Shown: positions 45,838 to 56,308, counted from the first letter of the stretch. The stretch is DNA of 60,099 nucleotides from Thermoplasmatales archaeon (GCA_014361245.1 JACIWB010000001.1:70622-130720); one strand, 5' to 3'. A program made the numbers and translations. Notes: generated by a model not told the origin, from the letters alone.

Positions 45838-46260
45838 TTATAATTTGCTCGCGAAATCCTCAACTTTTCTCTCCCAGCCCTTCATCAAACCATTTCCTGT
45901 GAATGCATCTTTACCAACCTTAAAATCTACCTCAGCTATTTTTACCATCTTCTTTTTTGAGAGAATTTTTTCCATCTTGTGAAGCTTGCTATTCTCCATG
46001 CCATGGGTGTTAATTATTGCATATTTTTTTCCTTCCATACCCTCGAGCTTTTTCATTAACTTTCTCATGTTCCTCTGGATTTTAAATATCTCTGTGGGAG
46101 CAGAAAATATGTATAAATCTGCCTCAGGCATTGAAGAAGGATTTATTTCATTGGTTTTGAAAATCTTTACTTCTCCTTTGTCTCTTAATTTTTCTGCAAG
46201 ATAATCAACAATTCTCTTCCCGTTTCCATATCTCGACCAATAAACGATTGCATATTTCAT
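45838..46260 (-). CDS. Flavodoxin-fold protein
   Basis: MKYAIVYWSRYGNGKRIV is an FMN phosphate-loop-like N-terminus. The protein is 140 aa. Confidence 0.6.
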   Translation of the reverse strand: MKYAIVYWSRYGNGKRIVDYLAEKLRDKGEVKIFKTNEINPSSMPEADLYIFSAPTEIFKIQRNMRKLMKKLEGMEGKKYAIINTHGMENSKLHKMEKILSKKKMVKIAEVDFKVGKDAFTGNGLMKGWERKVEDFASKL

Positions 46261-46327
46261 TTATTCACCGCGTTAGAACAAAAGGAAAATTTTATAAAAA
46301 TATTTTGGTTTAAGATTTGGTGAAAAA

Positions 46328-46603
46328 GTGATAGGAATAGTTATATTGTATAAATTAAAAACACCAATGAGTAAGGAAGAGGTAAAGAAGGCAAGGGAGG
46401 AATGGAATAAGTTCAAGAAATCACTGACAAAGGATGTAAAACTGATAGGGGAATATGCACATGCATGGGGCACTTCTTACAATGGATTTATGATTATGGA
46501 AGCAAAAAGTTTTGAAGCCTTTCAGAAATTCTGGGAAAAATTCAGAAATGTTACAAGATGGTATGCAATAGAGACACATACAATATTTGGGGAAAAGGAG
46601 TAA
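46328..46603 (+). CDS. Small alpha+beta protein (DUF3303/GYD-like), GTG start
   Basis: VKLIGEYAHAWGTSYNGFMIMEAKSFEAFQKFWEKF..IETHTIFG resembles DUF3303-type proteins. This is a low-certainty call. Confidence 0.45.
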   Translation: MIGIVILYKLKTPMSKEEVKKAREEWNKFKKSLTKDVKLIGEYAHAWGTSYNGFMIMEAKSFEAFQKFWEKFRNVTRWYAIETHTIFGEKE

Positions 46604-46605
46604 AA

Positions 46606-48651
46606 TTATAGTAAATCTATTGCAACAATTTCTTTCAAATCAGTTATATTATTTGATTTTATCATTGCATTTGAAATTGTGTAAAGAATATCATCTATAT
46701 ACAGGGAGCGAGTAATCTTGTAGTTATAATCAAAGAATTGGTATGATGAAATTGATAAAACAAACTCATCCAATTTTTCATCTCCCTCTAATAAATCCAT
46801 CTCAACAGTTGTATATCCATTTCCCTTTACCCTGAATAAATAATGGTATGTTGTAATATTTCCAGAAATTTCATTGCTTTTTTCAATTAGTTCAACAAAA
46901 TTTCTATCATATCTACTGTCAATTATCCATTCTTTATCACTTCCACATTTTAGATTTATTTCAATTTTATCTCCGGGTCTAAATTCTCCATAATAGTAGT
47001 TGATACTTTCATTGTGAGTATAGTTATAGGTATATGTCTTTTCTCCAATTTGCTCATGGTATATTTTTCCTATATAAGATATACCATTTTCAATGCTGAA
47101 TACATAAACTCCTGCGAAATCTTGCATTTCTACAGGAATAACAAGAATATTTTTTGATTTACTCAAAAGAAAGGCATGATGGTCCCAGGATGCTTCAGAA
47201 TATGCTCCTTCTATTACATATTTCGATATTTCTTTTGGCTCTGAAAAATTAGATACATCAAATAGAGCAACTTTTAATCCAGTCCTTCTTCCTTCTTCAG
47301 TTGCTTCAAATCCAACACCTATTAAATGCCTTTCATCATAAACATGCAGGTATTCAGAAGCACCGCTAACTTTTAAATTTCCAAGCTCAACTGGCATGTA
47401 AGGATTACTTAAATCTATAACAAAAAGCGGGTCAACCTGACGAAATGTCACAAGATAAAGCATATCCTCCATAAATCTCGCAGAATAAATTCTCTCGCCC
47501 TCCGCCAGCCCCTCGAGCGAGCCGACAATTTGCATGTTTTCGTTGAGCACATATACATTATTTTTTGATTCTGAAAGGCTTTCATTCCACCATTCCGCCT
47601 GCTTTGTTGTTACTATCCTAAAATAGCCATTGTACTCATCCATCGAAAACTGATTTAAAACATGCCCTACAACGCTCCCGCTTGCCTCCATCTTTATATC
47701 TTTTCCATTGATAGCAAATCTATATATCTTTGTTTCCTGTGATGGCTTGTTTCCTTCAATCCATATATACCAGTAATTTGTTGTTGTTAGATAAATGTTT
47801 GAATAAGAAACATATATGGTGCTTGAATCGCCTATCAGAAAAACTTTTTCACTGCTTTCTCCACTTGATATATTAACTGCGGATATAATTGTATAGGTAT
47901 ATGAGTTCTCGGGTGCATCCACATATTCTATTTCATTTGCGGGAATTTCATATAAATTTTCATTCTTTTCTATTCTTGGTAGAGGAATTTCATCATAGTA
48001 ATAATATATCGCTTGATTTGAGATAATATAAATTGTTTCATTTATCATTCTTGAATTGGAGTAAAATCCACTTATGCTATATTTGAAAAACTCGGAAGGA
48101 TTTTCTCTATCTGATATATTATATAATTGCAAAACTGTTTTTGGGGAATAGTATCCTTTATCTTCTCCCGCTTTAATCAGGGGATACCACTCATATACCC
48201 CAATTACTGCTAGACTATCTCCATTAACAAAAATTCCATATACATGATAATCAAGTTCAATGAATGATAAAATTTCCATTTCATCTGCTTTTATAATAAA
48301 AACCCTGCTTCCATCATTTTTTGTTGTTACTTTATATATATAATCTCCATCTGTTTTAACAATATCAGCCTCATCTACTCCTTCTACCTGAACATTTGTT
48401 TTTGAGAAATCCTTCTCCATTTTTTCAGGTGAATAATAAAAATCATTCAATAATTTTGCATCTTGCGCTTCATTATATATTCTTATCGGGCTTATAGCAT
48501 TATTTTTTATAAAAGAAGTTAGTTCTTCATATGAATTAAATCTTTTTATATTTCCTGAAAATGCCTCACCACTCTCTGGATTAATTAAAATCACAAGTGT
48601 TGCTATCAATACAGTTGCAAACAAGGCTGCCGCAACAATTTTCTCTTTCAT
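46606..48651 (-). CDS. Secreted beta-propeller domain protein (PF09826/COG4880-like)
   Basis: It has an N-terminal TM/signal (AAALFATVLIATLVILI) and the signature FSKTNVQVEGVDEADIVKTDGDYIY. Confidence 0.75.
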   Translation of the reverse strand: MKEKIVAAALFATVLIATLVILINPESGEAFSGNIKRFNSYEELTSFIKNNAISPIRIYNEAQDAKLLNDFYYSPEKMEKDFSKTNVQVEGVDEADIVKTDGDYIYKVTTKNDGSRVFIIKADEMEILSFIELDYHVYGIFVNGDSLAVIGVYEWYPLIKAGEDKGYYSPKTVLQLYNISDRENPSEFFKYSISGFYSNSRMINETIYIISNQAIYYYYDEIPLPRIEKNENLYEIPANEIEYVDAPENSYTYTIISAVNISSGESSEKVFLIGDSSTIYVSYSNIYLTTTNYWYIWIEGNKPSQETKIYRFAINGKDIKMEASGSVVGHVLNQFSMDEYNGYFRIVTTKQAEWWNESLSESKNNVYVLNENMQIVGSLEGLAEGERIYSARFMEDMLYLVTFRQVDPLFVIDLSNPYMPVELGNLKVSGASEYLHVYDERHLIGVGFEATEEGRRTGLKVALFDVSNFSEPKEISKYVIEGAYSEASWDHHAFLLSKSKNILVIPVEMQDFAGVYVFSIENGISYIGKIYHEQIGEKTYTYNYTHNESINYYYGEFRPGDKIEINLKCGSDKEWIIDSRYDRNFVELIEKSNEISGNITTYHYLFRVKGNGYTTVEMDLLEGDEKLDEFVLSISSYQFFDYNYKITRSLYIDDILYTISNAMIKSNNITDLKEIVAIDLL

Positions 48652-48704
48652 AGAGATATATTAAAATTTTATATTTAATGGTTTAGAGATTGTTAGCCAA
48701 TTTG

Positions 48705-49343
48705 TTAATCTTCCCAGATTGCATCTAAAACATCAGCGATTTTCTTTGCCTTTTTTTCTCCTATTCCTTCAACTTGCTTTAAATCCTCAATGCCCGCATT
48801 CATAACATTTCTTACACTCTTAAATCTGCTGAGCAGTCTTTTTGCTAAAACCGCAGAAACATCTGGCAAACCTTCGACAATAAACTGCTGCCATTCTTTT
48901 AATTCCATTTTTGGCTTTTTTCCTCTTAGAGCAACTTCTCTCTTATTTTTTAATTGCTCCCTGCATGCAATTGAATAAATTATAAATGATGTTTCTTCCC
49001 TGCTATCTGTTTTTATTACAGGAATATTATAATCAACAAGAATGCATGCAATTGCTCCATAAAGTGCTTTCATATTGAATTTCCTTTCAAATTCTTCATT
49101 TTCTATAACAATAACTGGCTTTTCATATGCTTCCCTTAGTCTAACTATCTGATCAAATATCCTCTTTTTTATTATTGAATCAACGAAATCATTCATTGTC
49201 TTCCTTTCAATACATATTCTTTCGCTTAAAACATAATCCCCAACTGCAAGTTGTTTTATTTCAACATCTGCAATTGAAGAAAGAATGGATGGTATGCCAG
49301 AAAAAACTTCTCTTGAATCAGTTATTATTTTTATTTTTTGCAT
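48705..49343 (-). CDS. Short archaeal XPF/ERCC4-type structure-specific nuclease with (HhH)2
   Basis: The ERCC4 motif is ITDSRE..VGDYVLSERICIERKTMNDFVDSI..R. The C-terminus LPDVSAVLAKRLL...VEGIGEKKAKKIADVL supplies the (HhH)2. Confidence 0.85.
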   Translation of the reverse strand: MQKIKIITDSREVFSGIPSILSSIADVEIKQLAVGDYVLSERICIERKTMNDFVDSIIKKRIFDQIVRLREAYEKPVIVIENEEFERKFNMKALYGAIACILVDYNIPVIKTDSREETSFIIYSIACREQLKNKREVALRGKKPKMELKEWQQFIVEGLPDVSAVLAKRLLSRFKSVRNVMNAGIEDLKQVEGIGEKKAKKIADVLDAIWED

Positions 49344-49386
49344 AAAGTAAAAAATAAATTTTTATATTTATTTTGCTTAAGATATT

Positions 49387-50019
49387 ATGATAATTGCACC
49401 ATCTCTCCTTTCAGCAAACTTTTCCTGCCTGGAAGAAGAAATTAAAAAATTGGAAGATGCAAAAGCGGACTGGCTGCATCTTGATGTGATGGATGGAAAT
49501 TTCGTTCCAAATATAACCTTTGGACCATGTGTTATAAAAAGCATAAGAAAAATAACAGATATGCCATTTGATGTGCATCTTATGATAGAAGAGCCAGAAA
49601 AGCATTATTTAAATTTTTTGGAGGCGGGGGCAAATATAATAACTGTGCATGCTGAAGCAACAAAATCCCTTTACAGACTTTTAGATGAGATAAAGAAAAA
49701 TTGCAAGGCGGGGGTGGCAATAAACCCTGCAACTCCTCTTTCATCAGTTGAAAATGTTCTTGATATCGTGGATTTAATTCTTATAATGACGGTTGAGCCT
49801 GGCTTCGGCGGGCAAAAGTTTATAGATAAGATGGTTGAAAAAGTAAGGATGGCCAAGAAAATTATTGGTAAAAGAAAAATTTATCTTGCGGTCGATGGGG
49901 GCGTTAATGACAAAAACGCTAAAATTTTGAAGAAGGCGGGCGCAAATGTTCTTGTATCTGGCTCGTATATTTTCAGGAGTAAAAATTACGAAATGGCGAT
50001 AAAAAAATTAAGATTTTAA
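49387..50019 (+). CDS. rpe: Ribulose-phosphate 3-epimerase
   Basis: IAPSLLSANF, HLDVMDGNFVPNITFGP, DVHLM and MTVEPGFGGQKF are present. Confidence 0.92.
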   Translation: MIIAPSLLSANFSCLEEEIKKLEDAKADWLHLDVMDGNFVPNITFGPCVIKSIRKITDMPFDVHLMIEEPEKHYLNFLEAGANIITVHAEATKSLYRLLDEIKKNCKAGVAINPATPLSSVENVLDIVDLILIMTVEPGFGGQKFIDKMVEKVRMAKKIIGKRKIYLAVDGGVNDKNAKILKKAGANVLVSGSYIFRSKNYEMAIKKLRF

Positions 50020-50205
50020 CTTATCTTCGAGTTTTTTAATCTTTAATCTTATCTTTTCCAGCCTTTTCTCATACTTTTCCTTCAATTTTCTATATTTTTT
50101 CTCTGGAATTTCTCCTTTCCTTTTATCAAGCTCTTCCATATCCTTCCTTATCATCCCCCTTATTTCATTTAGTTCCTCTATTCTGTCCATTATTTTTTGA
50201 TTCAT
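50008..50205 (-). CDS. Small charged coiled-coil protein, hypothetical
   Basis: The 65-aa ORF fills the rpe/MBL gap and is K/E-rich with a heptad-like pattern. It could be spurious. Confidence 0.4.
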   Translation of the reverse strand: MNQKIMDRIEELNEIRGMIRKDMEELDKRKGEIPEKKYRKLKEKYEKRLEKIRLKIKKLEDKLKS

Positions 50206-50243
50206 GCACAGTAATTTAAATAAAAAAGATAAATTTTACTATT

Positions 50244-50885
50244 ATGGAAGTTAAAAAATATTTAGGGTTTGGATTTGAATCAAATGTCTATCTTATAAAG
50301 AGTGAAAAAATTGCAATAATTGACACTGGAACTGGTTTTTATTCAAAAAATTTAATGGATGATTTGAGGAAAGAAATAAATCTTGAGGAAATAGAATACA
50401 TAATACTGACACATGAACATTTTGACCATTGCGGAGGGGCAAAGGAATTAAAGGAGTTTAGCAATTCAAAGATAATTGCACATGAAAATTCATCATATAT
50501 ACTTGAAGGAGGAATTAATATAAGTGCCTCTTTTTTCAATGCGGTGCAACCAAAAATTGAAATTGATTTAAAAGTTAAAGGAGGAGAAATAATAAATTTA
50601 GGAGATATTGATTTAAAAATTTTCCACACCCCCGGACATTCAAAAGGAGGCATATGCATTTATGAAAAAAATAGCAAATCTCTCTTTTCTGGAGACACTG
50701 TTTTTGCTGACGGAAATGTAGGAAGAACTGATTTTTTTGGAGGTGACTTTGAGGAGTTAAAAAGATCAATAAAAATGCTTCGCTCACTTGAAATAAAAAA
50801 TTTATATCCAGGACATGGTGAGTATATTATCGGCAACGGTGGAAAGCATGTGGCAATGGCTGAAAAAATGTTAGATAAATTTTAA
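50244..50885 (+). CDS. MBL-fold metallo-hydrolase
   Basis: LTHEHFDHCGG (HxHxDH), HTPGHSKG and GDTVF..G.GRTD are present. Confidence 0.85.
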   Translation: MEVKKYLGFGFESNVYLIKSEKIAIIDTGTGFYSKNLMDDLRKEINLEEIEYIILTHEHFDHCGGAKELKEFSNSKIIAHENSSYILEGGINISASFFNAVQPKIEIDLKVKGGEIINLGDIDLKIFHTPGHSKGGICIYEKNSKSLFSGDTVFADGNVGRTDFFGGDFEELKRSIKMLRSLEIKNLYPGHGEYIIGNGGKHVAMAEKMLDKF

Positions 50886-50907
50886 TATCTTTTATATTTT
50901 CAAATTA

Positions 50908-50992
50908 GCAGGGGTTGCCGAGCATGGACAAAGGCGCAGGCTTGAGGGGTCTGTCTCGAAGGAGTTCGAGGGTTCAAATCCCTCCCCCTGCA
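50908..50992 (+). tRNA. tRNA-Leu (GAG), class II with long variable arm
   Basis: The sequence is GCAGGGGTTGCCGAGCATGGACAAAGGCGCAGGCTTGAGGGGTCTGTCTCGAAGGAGTTCGAGGGTTCAAATCCCTCCCCCTGCA. The anticodon loop is TTGAGGG and the acceptor stem is GCAGGGG/CCCCTGC. Confidence 0.9.
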
Positions 50993-51201
50993 CTACCTTT
51001 ACATCATAAACTTAAATTACAAGCCCGCAGGCAAAAATCTGAAAGAAAAAGGTGAAGTTTCAGATTATAAATTTTTGTGTTCATCTTTTTGTGATACATC
51101 TTATAACTGCTTTACTCAGTAGATTACAACAATTTGTTTTAGGTTAATTATTCTAAAAAATTTCAAAAGCAAAAATTATTTATACCTTTTATATTCCAAC
51201 T

Positions 51202-51594
51202 ATGCAGTGGCATGGAAGAAGCAGGAGAAAGGAAACAGGAGGAATTTACAGGCAGGCAAGGAAGAAAAGGAAATACGAGATTGGAAGAGACCCAATTTTA
51301 CCATTAATAGGAGAGGATAAATTAAAGAAAATAAGAGTTAGAGGAGGAAATTATAAAGTGATGGTTGTATCTACAAAGCATGCAAATGTTACAAATCCAA
51401 AGACAGGAGAAACAAAAAAAGTTGAAATAAAAGATGTTGTTGAAAACCCTGCAAATCCTCACTATGTAAGAAGGGACATAATAACAAAGGGAGCGATAAT
51501 CCTTACAGAAATTGGAAAGGCAAAAGTTACTTCTCGCCCGGGTCAGCATGGCTGCATAAATGCTGTTTTAATGGAAGAAAAGAATGAAGGATAA
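51202..51594 (+). CDS. rps8e: 30S ribosomal protein S8e
   Basis: The N-terminus is [14 protein letters not shown], and the size is 130 aa. Confidence 0.9.
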   Translation: MQWHGRSRRKETGGIYRQARKKRKYEIGRDPILPLIGEDKLKKIRVRGGNYKVMVVSTKHANVTNPKTGETKKVEIKDVVENPANPHYVRRDIITKGAIILTEIGKAKVTSRPGQHGCINAVLMEEKNEG

Positions 51595-51868
51595 ATGGGT
51601 TATATGGCCGTGCTATTTTGATATTGATTTAAGCAGAAAAGATGGAAGGAAGGTTAAAAAAAATATTGCAATTAAAAATCCCAGCATAGATGAAATTTTT
51701 CAAATTGCAAAAAAATTGGGGCTAAATCCATTAAAAGAGGAAAAAAGTTATCCAAAAAGATGGTGGAAGAAAGAAGGAAGAATACTTGTTGATAAAAAAG
51801 GAAGGAAAGTTGAGATAATAAGGAAAATAGGCGAAGAAGTTTATAATAAAAGATTACAAAGTAAATGA
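51584..51868 (+). CDS. srp19: Signal recognition particle protein SRP19
   Basis: [20 protein letters not shown] is present. Confidence 0.88.
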   Translation: MKDKWVIWPCYFDIDLSRKDGRKVKKNIAIKNPSIDEIFQIAKKLGLNPLKEEKSYPKRWWKKEGRILVDKKGRKVEIIRKIGEEVYNKRLQSK

Positions 51869-52004
51869 AGTATATATATTAAATAAACAAAGTATATGTT
51901 TTTCTAATAACAAAAATTTTCTATTAGGGCAAAATCATTTTAGTATATTAAAAAAATAAACTCGGATAATAAAGTATAGATACTCTATATACAAAGAAAA
52001 CAAA

Positions 52005-52838
52005 TTATATATATTTTTTCTTCATTCCTTCAATAACAAAAATTTTTCCCTTCCTTTTTGCTTTTTTTGCCTTTAAAATTTGAATTCTATTGAAATCTTC
52101 TATCTCAACAACTTTTTCATGTCCTCCAGAAAAAAGAATATCATCCCATTCAATCAGCCCACAATAAATTGGATTTGAAAGGATTCTTGAAACCGTTTTT
52201 TTATCCCATTTTCCACCATATTTGCTCCTCGCATTTCCATCAAGCCATTCACATATTTCCTTCAAACTCATGCCCTGCAAGTATTTCCCATAAATATCTC
52301 TTACAACCCTCAACTCTTCTTCAATTCCAGCAAGCTTTCCATCCCTATACTCATACCCGTATGGAGGGGGCGAGCCGAGCAACCCGCCAGCTTGCTTTGC
52401 CTTCTGGCGCATGCCGTCATACACTCTTTCGCCAATCTGCTCGCTTTCGAGCTGGGCTATTCGCTGGATTATGTCCATTACAAACCTTCCCATTGCTGTG
52501 CTTGTATCGAGGCTTTCTGTCATTGAAACGAATTCCTTGCCTTTTGCTCTCAATTTTTCCATCATCAGCATGAAATTTTTTGTGTTTCTATGGATGCGGT
52601 CCATTTTTATTACAAGCAGTGCATCCCATTTATCAATTTCTTCCATCATTTTCTGGTATGCTGGCCTTTTTATGTCTCTCCCGCTGTATCCATCATCAAC
52701 ATACTCGCCCACTATTTCCCAGCCGCGGGCAACGCAATAACTTCGCAATTTTTCAAGCTGATTGCTCAAGCTATATCCTTCCTTTGCCTGGTCTTCCGTG
52801 CTAACTCTTGCATATATTGCTACTTTCATGTGGCTCAC
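52005..52838 (-). CDS. Serine recombinase (resolvase domain plus partial recombinase domain; short, 274-277 aa)
   Basis: It has MKVAIYARVSTEDQ (catalytic Ser), YVDDGYSGRDIKRPAYQ, DRIHRN, the E-helix region RIAQLESEQIGERV, then PPYGYEYRDGKL and SRILSNPIYCG. Confidence 0.85.
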   Translation of the reverse strand: MSHMKVAIYARVSTEDQAKEGYSLSNQLEKLRSYCVARGWEIVGEYVDDGYSGRDIKRPAYQKMMEEIDKWDALLVIKMDRIHRNTKNFMLMMEKLRAKGKEFVSMTESLDTSTAMGRFVMDIIQRIAQLESEQIGERVYDGMRQKAKQAGGLLGSPPPYGYEYRDGKLAGIEEELRVVRDIYGKYLQGMSLKEICEWLDGNARSKYGGKWDKKTVSRILSNPIYCGLIEWDDILFSGGHEKVVEIEDFNRIQILKAKKAKRKGKIFVIEGMKKKYI

Positions 52839-52917
52839 GGTAATCCGATAGCCACTAAAAATCTATAAAATATAAATTTTGCTAAATTTTTAATAGATAA
52901 TTTTATTTACAAAAAGT

Positions 52918-53466
52918 ATGCAGACAAAAAGAATGCATGACCGCATGTTTATTTTTGCTGAAAAATTTTTATCAAAATTTTTTGCAAAGGCATATATCAA
53001 TTTTTTTGAAAAAGCAATAATTGAAGAATTTGAAATGGTTGGAATAAAAGAAAATGATAAAATTCTTCATATTGGATGCGGTCCGCTTCCAAACACGCTC
53101 ATCTCTCTTGCAAAAAATATTAAAGCAAGATATTTTGGAATAGATGTTGACGAGCAAGCAGTTAATATTGCAAAAGAAATTGTTTCAAAATATAATCTTG
53201 ATATAAAAATTGAGGAAGGAAATGCCTTAAATTATCCAATTGATGGTTTTGATGTGATAATAGTATCTTTTGGAGTAGAGCCACGCAGTCAAGTTTTTGA
53301 AAGAATAAGAAGAGATTGCAAAAAAAATGCAAGAATAATATGCAGAAAACAGTGGGATTTCCTCGATCCCATATTTGGAAAAAAAGAATTGCCAAATGGC
53401 TTTAAAGTAATTGGAGAGCATAAAAGGAGAGATTTAATAAAATCCTATTTATTGAAGAAGTTGTAA
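52918..53466 (+). CDS. Small class I SAM-dependent methyltransferase
   Basis: Motif I is ILHIGCGPLP, followed by FGIDVD and DVIIVS. Confidence 0.65.
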   Translation: MQTKRMHDRMFIFAEKFLSKFFAKAYINFFEKAIIEEFEMVGIKENDKILHIGCGPLPNTLISLAKNIKARYFGIDVDEQAVNIAKEIVSKYNLDIKIEEGNALNYPIDGFDVIIVSFGVEPRSQVFERIRRDCKKNARIICRKQWDFLDPIFGKKELPNGFKVIGEHKRRDLIKSYLLKKL

Positions 53467-53500
53467 GCAAAAATTTTTTTATCATAAATGCATTAATATT

Positions 53501-54253
53501 ATGAAGTTAAAAGCATTTGCTGTTGCCATTCTTTTAATTGCGACATTTTTTTCAGCAATAGGCGATGGCAGAACTGTTTTTGCGGAGCTCGGGGCGCTGA
53601 GCTGGTGCCCTCACTGCCCCAAAGCGGCTGAGGCATTAAACAATCTTTCGCGCGAGCTTGATTTTTGCTATGTAACGCTTGTTTATGATAAAAGCTCTGT
53701 GGCTATGAAGCGCGGTTCATGGCTGAGAGATGCATATGCCCCAATGCTTTACATTGATGGTGGCTACTATGTTGTTGATTATAACCCAACGAGCGCTTAT
53801 TCTGATTATAGAAGTGCTATAGAAAATGCGAGCAAAAGAAGCGTTAGGAATATTGAAATTGAAATAAATGCAAAGTGGCTTGGAGAAGCAAAAATTGAAA
53901 TAGGGGTAAAAATAATTAATAATGAAAGACCATGCTTTGGGCATTTAAGAGTTTATGTGGTTGAGATAAATTCAAGATGGAATGACTATGCGGGAAAACC
54001 ATTTAAATATGCTTTTCTTGATTATGCTTTCAATGAATATGTTTTTGTTGGGCAATATGAAAAAGTAAAAATATGGGATGGAAATAAAATGCACGGAAAT
54101 TTAACTTTTCCTGATATTGAAAAAGATAATATAGCAATTATTGCAACTCTTTCGCAAGCTTTTCCCCGCATAGCAAAAAATCCATGGGAGAAACCATTTC
54201 CATATTTCCTTGCTGAATATGTGGAGGCGGTGAAATTTAGTTTATTAAATTAG
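53501..54253 (+). CDS. Secreted/anchored thioredoxin-fold protein (Omp28-like pattern)
   Basis: It has the signal/TM MKLKAFAVAILLIATFF and then ELGALSWCPHCPKAAEAL (CxxC). Confidence 0.5.
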   Translation: MKLKAFAVAILLIATFFSAIGDGRTVFAELGALSWCPHCPKAAEALNNLSRELDFCYVTLVYDKSSVAMKRGSWLRDAYAPMLYIDGGYYVVDYNPTSAYSDYRSAIENASKRSVRNIEIEINAKWLGEAKIEIGVKIINNERPCFGHLRVYVVEINSRWNDYAGKPFKYAFLDYAFNEYVFVGQYEKVKIWDGNKMHGNLTFPDIEKDNIAIIATLSQAFPRIAKNPWEKPFPYFLAEYVEAVKFSLLN

Positions 54254-54297
54254 TAATCTAAGTAAATTAAGTATATAAACATTGTTTTCTTGGTATA

Positions 54298-55647
54298 TTA
54301 TCTTCCAATACTTATATTTGATTTCTTCAGTGCTTTAACTATTTCCCCATCAGAAAGTTCGTAGTTTTGCAGAAGACCCCTATTATAAAGTTCATATGCT
54401 GATAAATCAAAATATCCATGCCCGCTGTTCAAAAAGCAAATTATTTTTTCCTCCTTTTCTCTTTTGCATCTTAATGCTTCATCTATTACCCCTTTCAAAC
54501 CATGTGCACTTTCTGGAGCAATTAAAAATCCTTCAGTTTTTGCAAATATTTTTGCTGCTTCGAAAATTTCATTTTGACTATAAGCCCTTTTCTCAACAAT
54601 TCCCTCATTCACAAGCTTGCATAGCAAAGGAGCATCTCCATGATATCTCAGCCCGCCAGCATGAATTGCTGGAGGAATGAAGGAATGACCAAGAGTGAAC
54701 ATCTTTAGCAAAGGTGTCATGCGGGCGGCGTCGCCATGGTCATATGTATAAATTCCTCTTGTTAAACTAGGGCAAGCTGTTGGCTCGCAAGCTATAAATC
54801 TGATTTCCTCTCCCTTTATCTTATCTGGCACGAAAGGGAATATACCTCCTGAGAAGTTGCTACCCCCACCCACACATCCGCATATTATATCAGGGTATGA
54901 ATCTATTTTTTCAAACTGCTTTTTCAGCTCGAGCCCAATTATTGTCTGATGCAGAAGCACATGATTTAGAACTGAGCCAAGAGAATATTTAGTGTTTTCA
55001 TGAGTTATAGCATCTTCAATTGCCTCACTTATTGCTATTCCCAGGCTTCCTGAATTATCTGGATCTTCTTTCAAAACTTTTCTTCCAAATTCCGTTCTAT
55101 TACTCGGGCTCGCTATAACCTCCGCACCCCATGTTTCCATCAATATTCTTCTATATGGCTTTTGATCAAAACTGCATTTAACCATATAAACCGTGCATCT
55201 CAACCCAAACAGGGAGTATGCAAAAGAAAGGGCGGAGCCCCACTGACCCGCGCCAGTTTCAGTTGTCATCCTTTCAATTCCTTCCTTTGAGTTGTAATAT
55301 GCCTGTGCAACTGCTGTATTTGGCTTGTGGCTTCCTGGCGGGCTTACGCCCTCCCATTTGTAATATATTTTTGCTGGTGTTTTTAAAAATTCCTCGAGCT
55401 TTTCAGCTCTGTATAAAGGGGTTGGTCTCCATATCCTGTATATTTCCTTTACTTCCTCAGGTATTTTTATCCATTTTTCCTTGCTTATCTCCTGCCTGAC
55501 AAGTTCTTTTGGAAAAATTCTTTCTAAATCGCTTGCTTTAACTGGCTCAAGTGTTACTGGATTTAGAGGGGGAGGCAATTCAATTTCTGACTGGATGTTA
55601 TACCATTCATCGGGCATTTCTTCTTCATCAATCAATACTTTTTTCAT
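54298..55647 (-). CDS. trpB: TrpB-like PLP enzyme (tryptophan synthase beta chain 2 type)
   Basis: [13 protein letters not shown], the PLP-lysine region [14 protein letters not shown], and [11 protein letters not shown] are present. Start taken at [10 protein letters not shown]. Confidence 0.85.
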   Translation of the reverse strand: MKKVLIDEEEMPDEWYNIQSEIELPPPLNPVTLEPVKASDLERIFPKELVRQEISKEKWIKIPEEVKEIYRIWRPTPLYRAEKLEEFLKTPAKIYYKWEGVSPPGSHKPNTAVAQAYYNSKEGIERMTTETGAGQWGSALSFAYSLFGLRCTVYMVKCSFDQKPYRRILMETWGAEVIASPSNRTEFGRKVLKEDPDNSGSLGIAISEAIEDAITHENTKYSLGSVLNHVLLHQTIIGLELKKQFEKIDSYPDIICGCVGGGSNFSGGIFPFVPDKIKGEEIRFIACEPTACPSLTRGIYTYDHGDAARMTPLLKMFTLGHSFIPPAIHAGGLRYHGDAPLLCKLVNEGIVEKRAYSQNEIFEAAKIFAKTEGFLIAPESAHGLKGVIDEALRCKREKEEKIICFLNSGHGYFDLSAYELYNRGLLQNYELSDGEIVKALKKSNISIGR

Positions 55648-55748
55648 AAAAATGAATGCAATAGAAATATTTAACATTTTTGTATAAATTTGTTCATTAT
55701 AGTATATTTTTTACCATTACAGTAAATTATTTTAATTTATTCCGCATT

Positions 55749-56255
55749 ATGACCATGTGGAAAAAAATTATTTCTTATTTTGGCAGGCAATCCGCTCAAC
55801 AAAAAGTTATTCAGCTATTTCTTTCCTATGGACTAAGCATTAGAAAAGGAAAAGTTTATTGTGGAAACATAGAGCTTTCTTTTTCAAAAATTGCAAGAGC
55901 AATAAATGTTGATAGAAGAGTTATTATGAATGCAATAGAGATAATAGAAAGAAATAAAGAATTGAAAAAAATTTTTTCAAATTTGATGCCAACATGCAGT
56001 TTCAAAGAGCTTGCTCCAAAGATGGGGTGGGGTGTTGTTGAGATAATACCGAAAGATGCTTCAATGCCAGGCATAATTGCAAGTGTCTCAGATATAATAG
56101 CGAGGGAAGGAATAAGCATAAGGCAGGCAAATGTCGATGATTACATAATTGCAGATGAGCCAAAACTTTTTATTGTAACAGAAAAACCAATACCATCAAA
56201 ATTGATAAAAAAGTTGAGAAAAGCCAAAGGAGTTATGGGAGTGACTGTTTATTAA
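55749..56255 (+). CDS. ACT-domain regulator of amino-acid metabolism (COG2150-like, N-terminal wHTH)
   Basis: IARAINVDRRVIMNAIEIIE (HTH-like) and the C-terminal GIIASVSDIIAREGISIRQANVDD (ACT-like) are present. Start taken at internal ATG 55749 or 55755. Confidence 0.6.
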   Translation: MTMWKKIISYFGRQSAQQKVIQLFLSYGLSIRKGKVYCGNIELSFSKIARAINVDRRVIMNAIEIIERNKELKKIFSNLMPTCSFKELAPKMGWGVVEIIPKDASMPGIIASVSDIIAREGISIRQANVDDYIIADEPKLFIVTEKPIPSKLIKKLRKAKGVMGVTVY

Positions 56256-56308
56256 AAAACTTTATTTAAAGTAAATTCTTTTCATTCCCAATTATTCCTT
56301 TTAAATTT

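Noticed and set aside
52169-52868. Four overlapping plus-strand ORFs (74-134 aa)
   Set aside because: All are antisense to the serine recombinase. Their existence is explained by local GC enrichment, which leaves fewer stop codons. They are used only as indirect evidence of the compositional shift.
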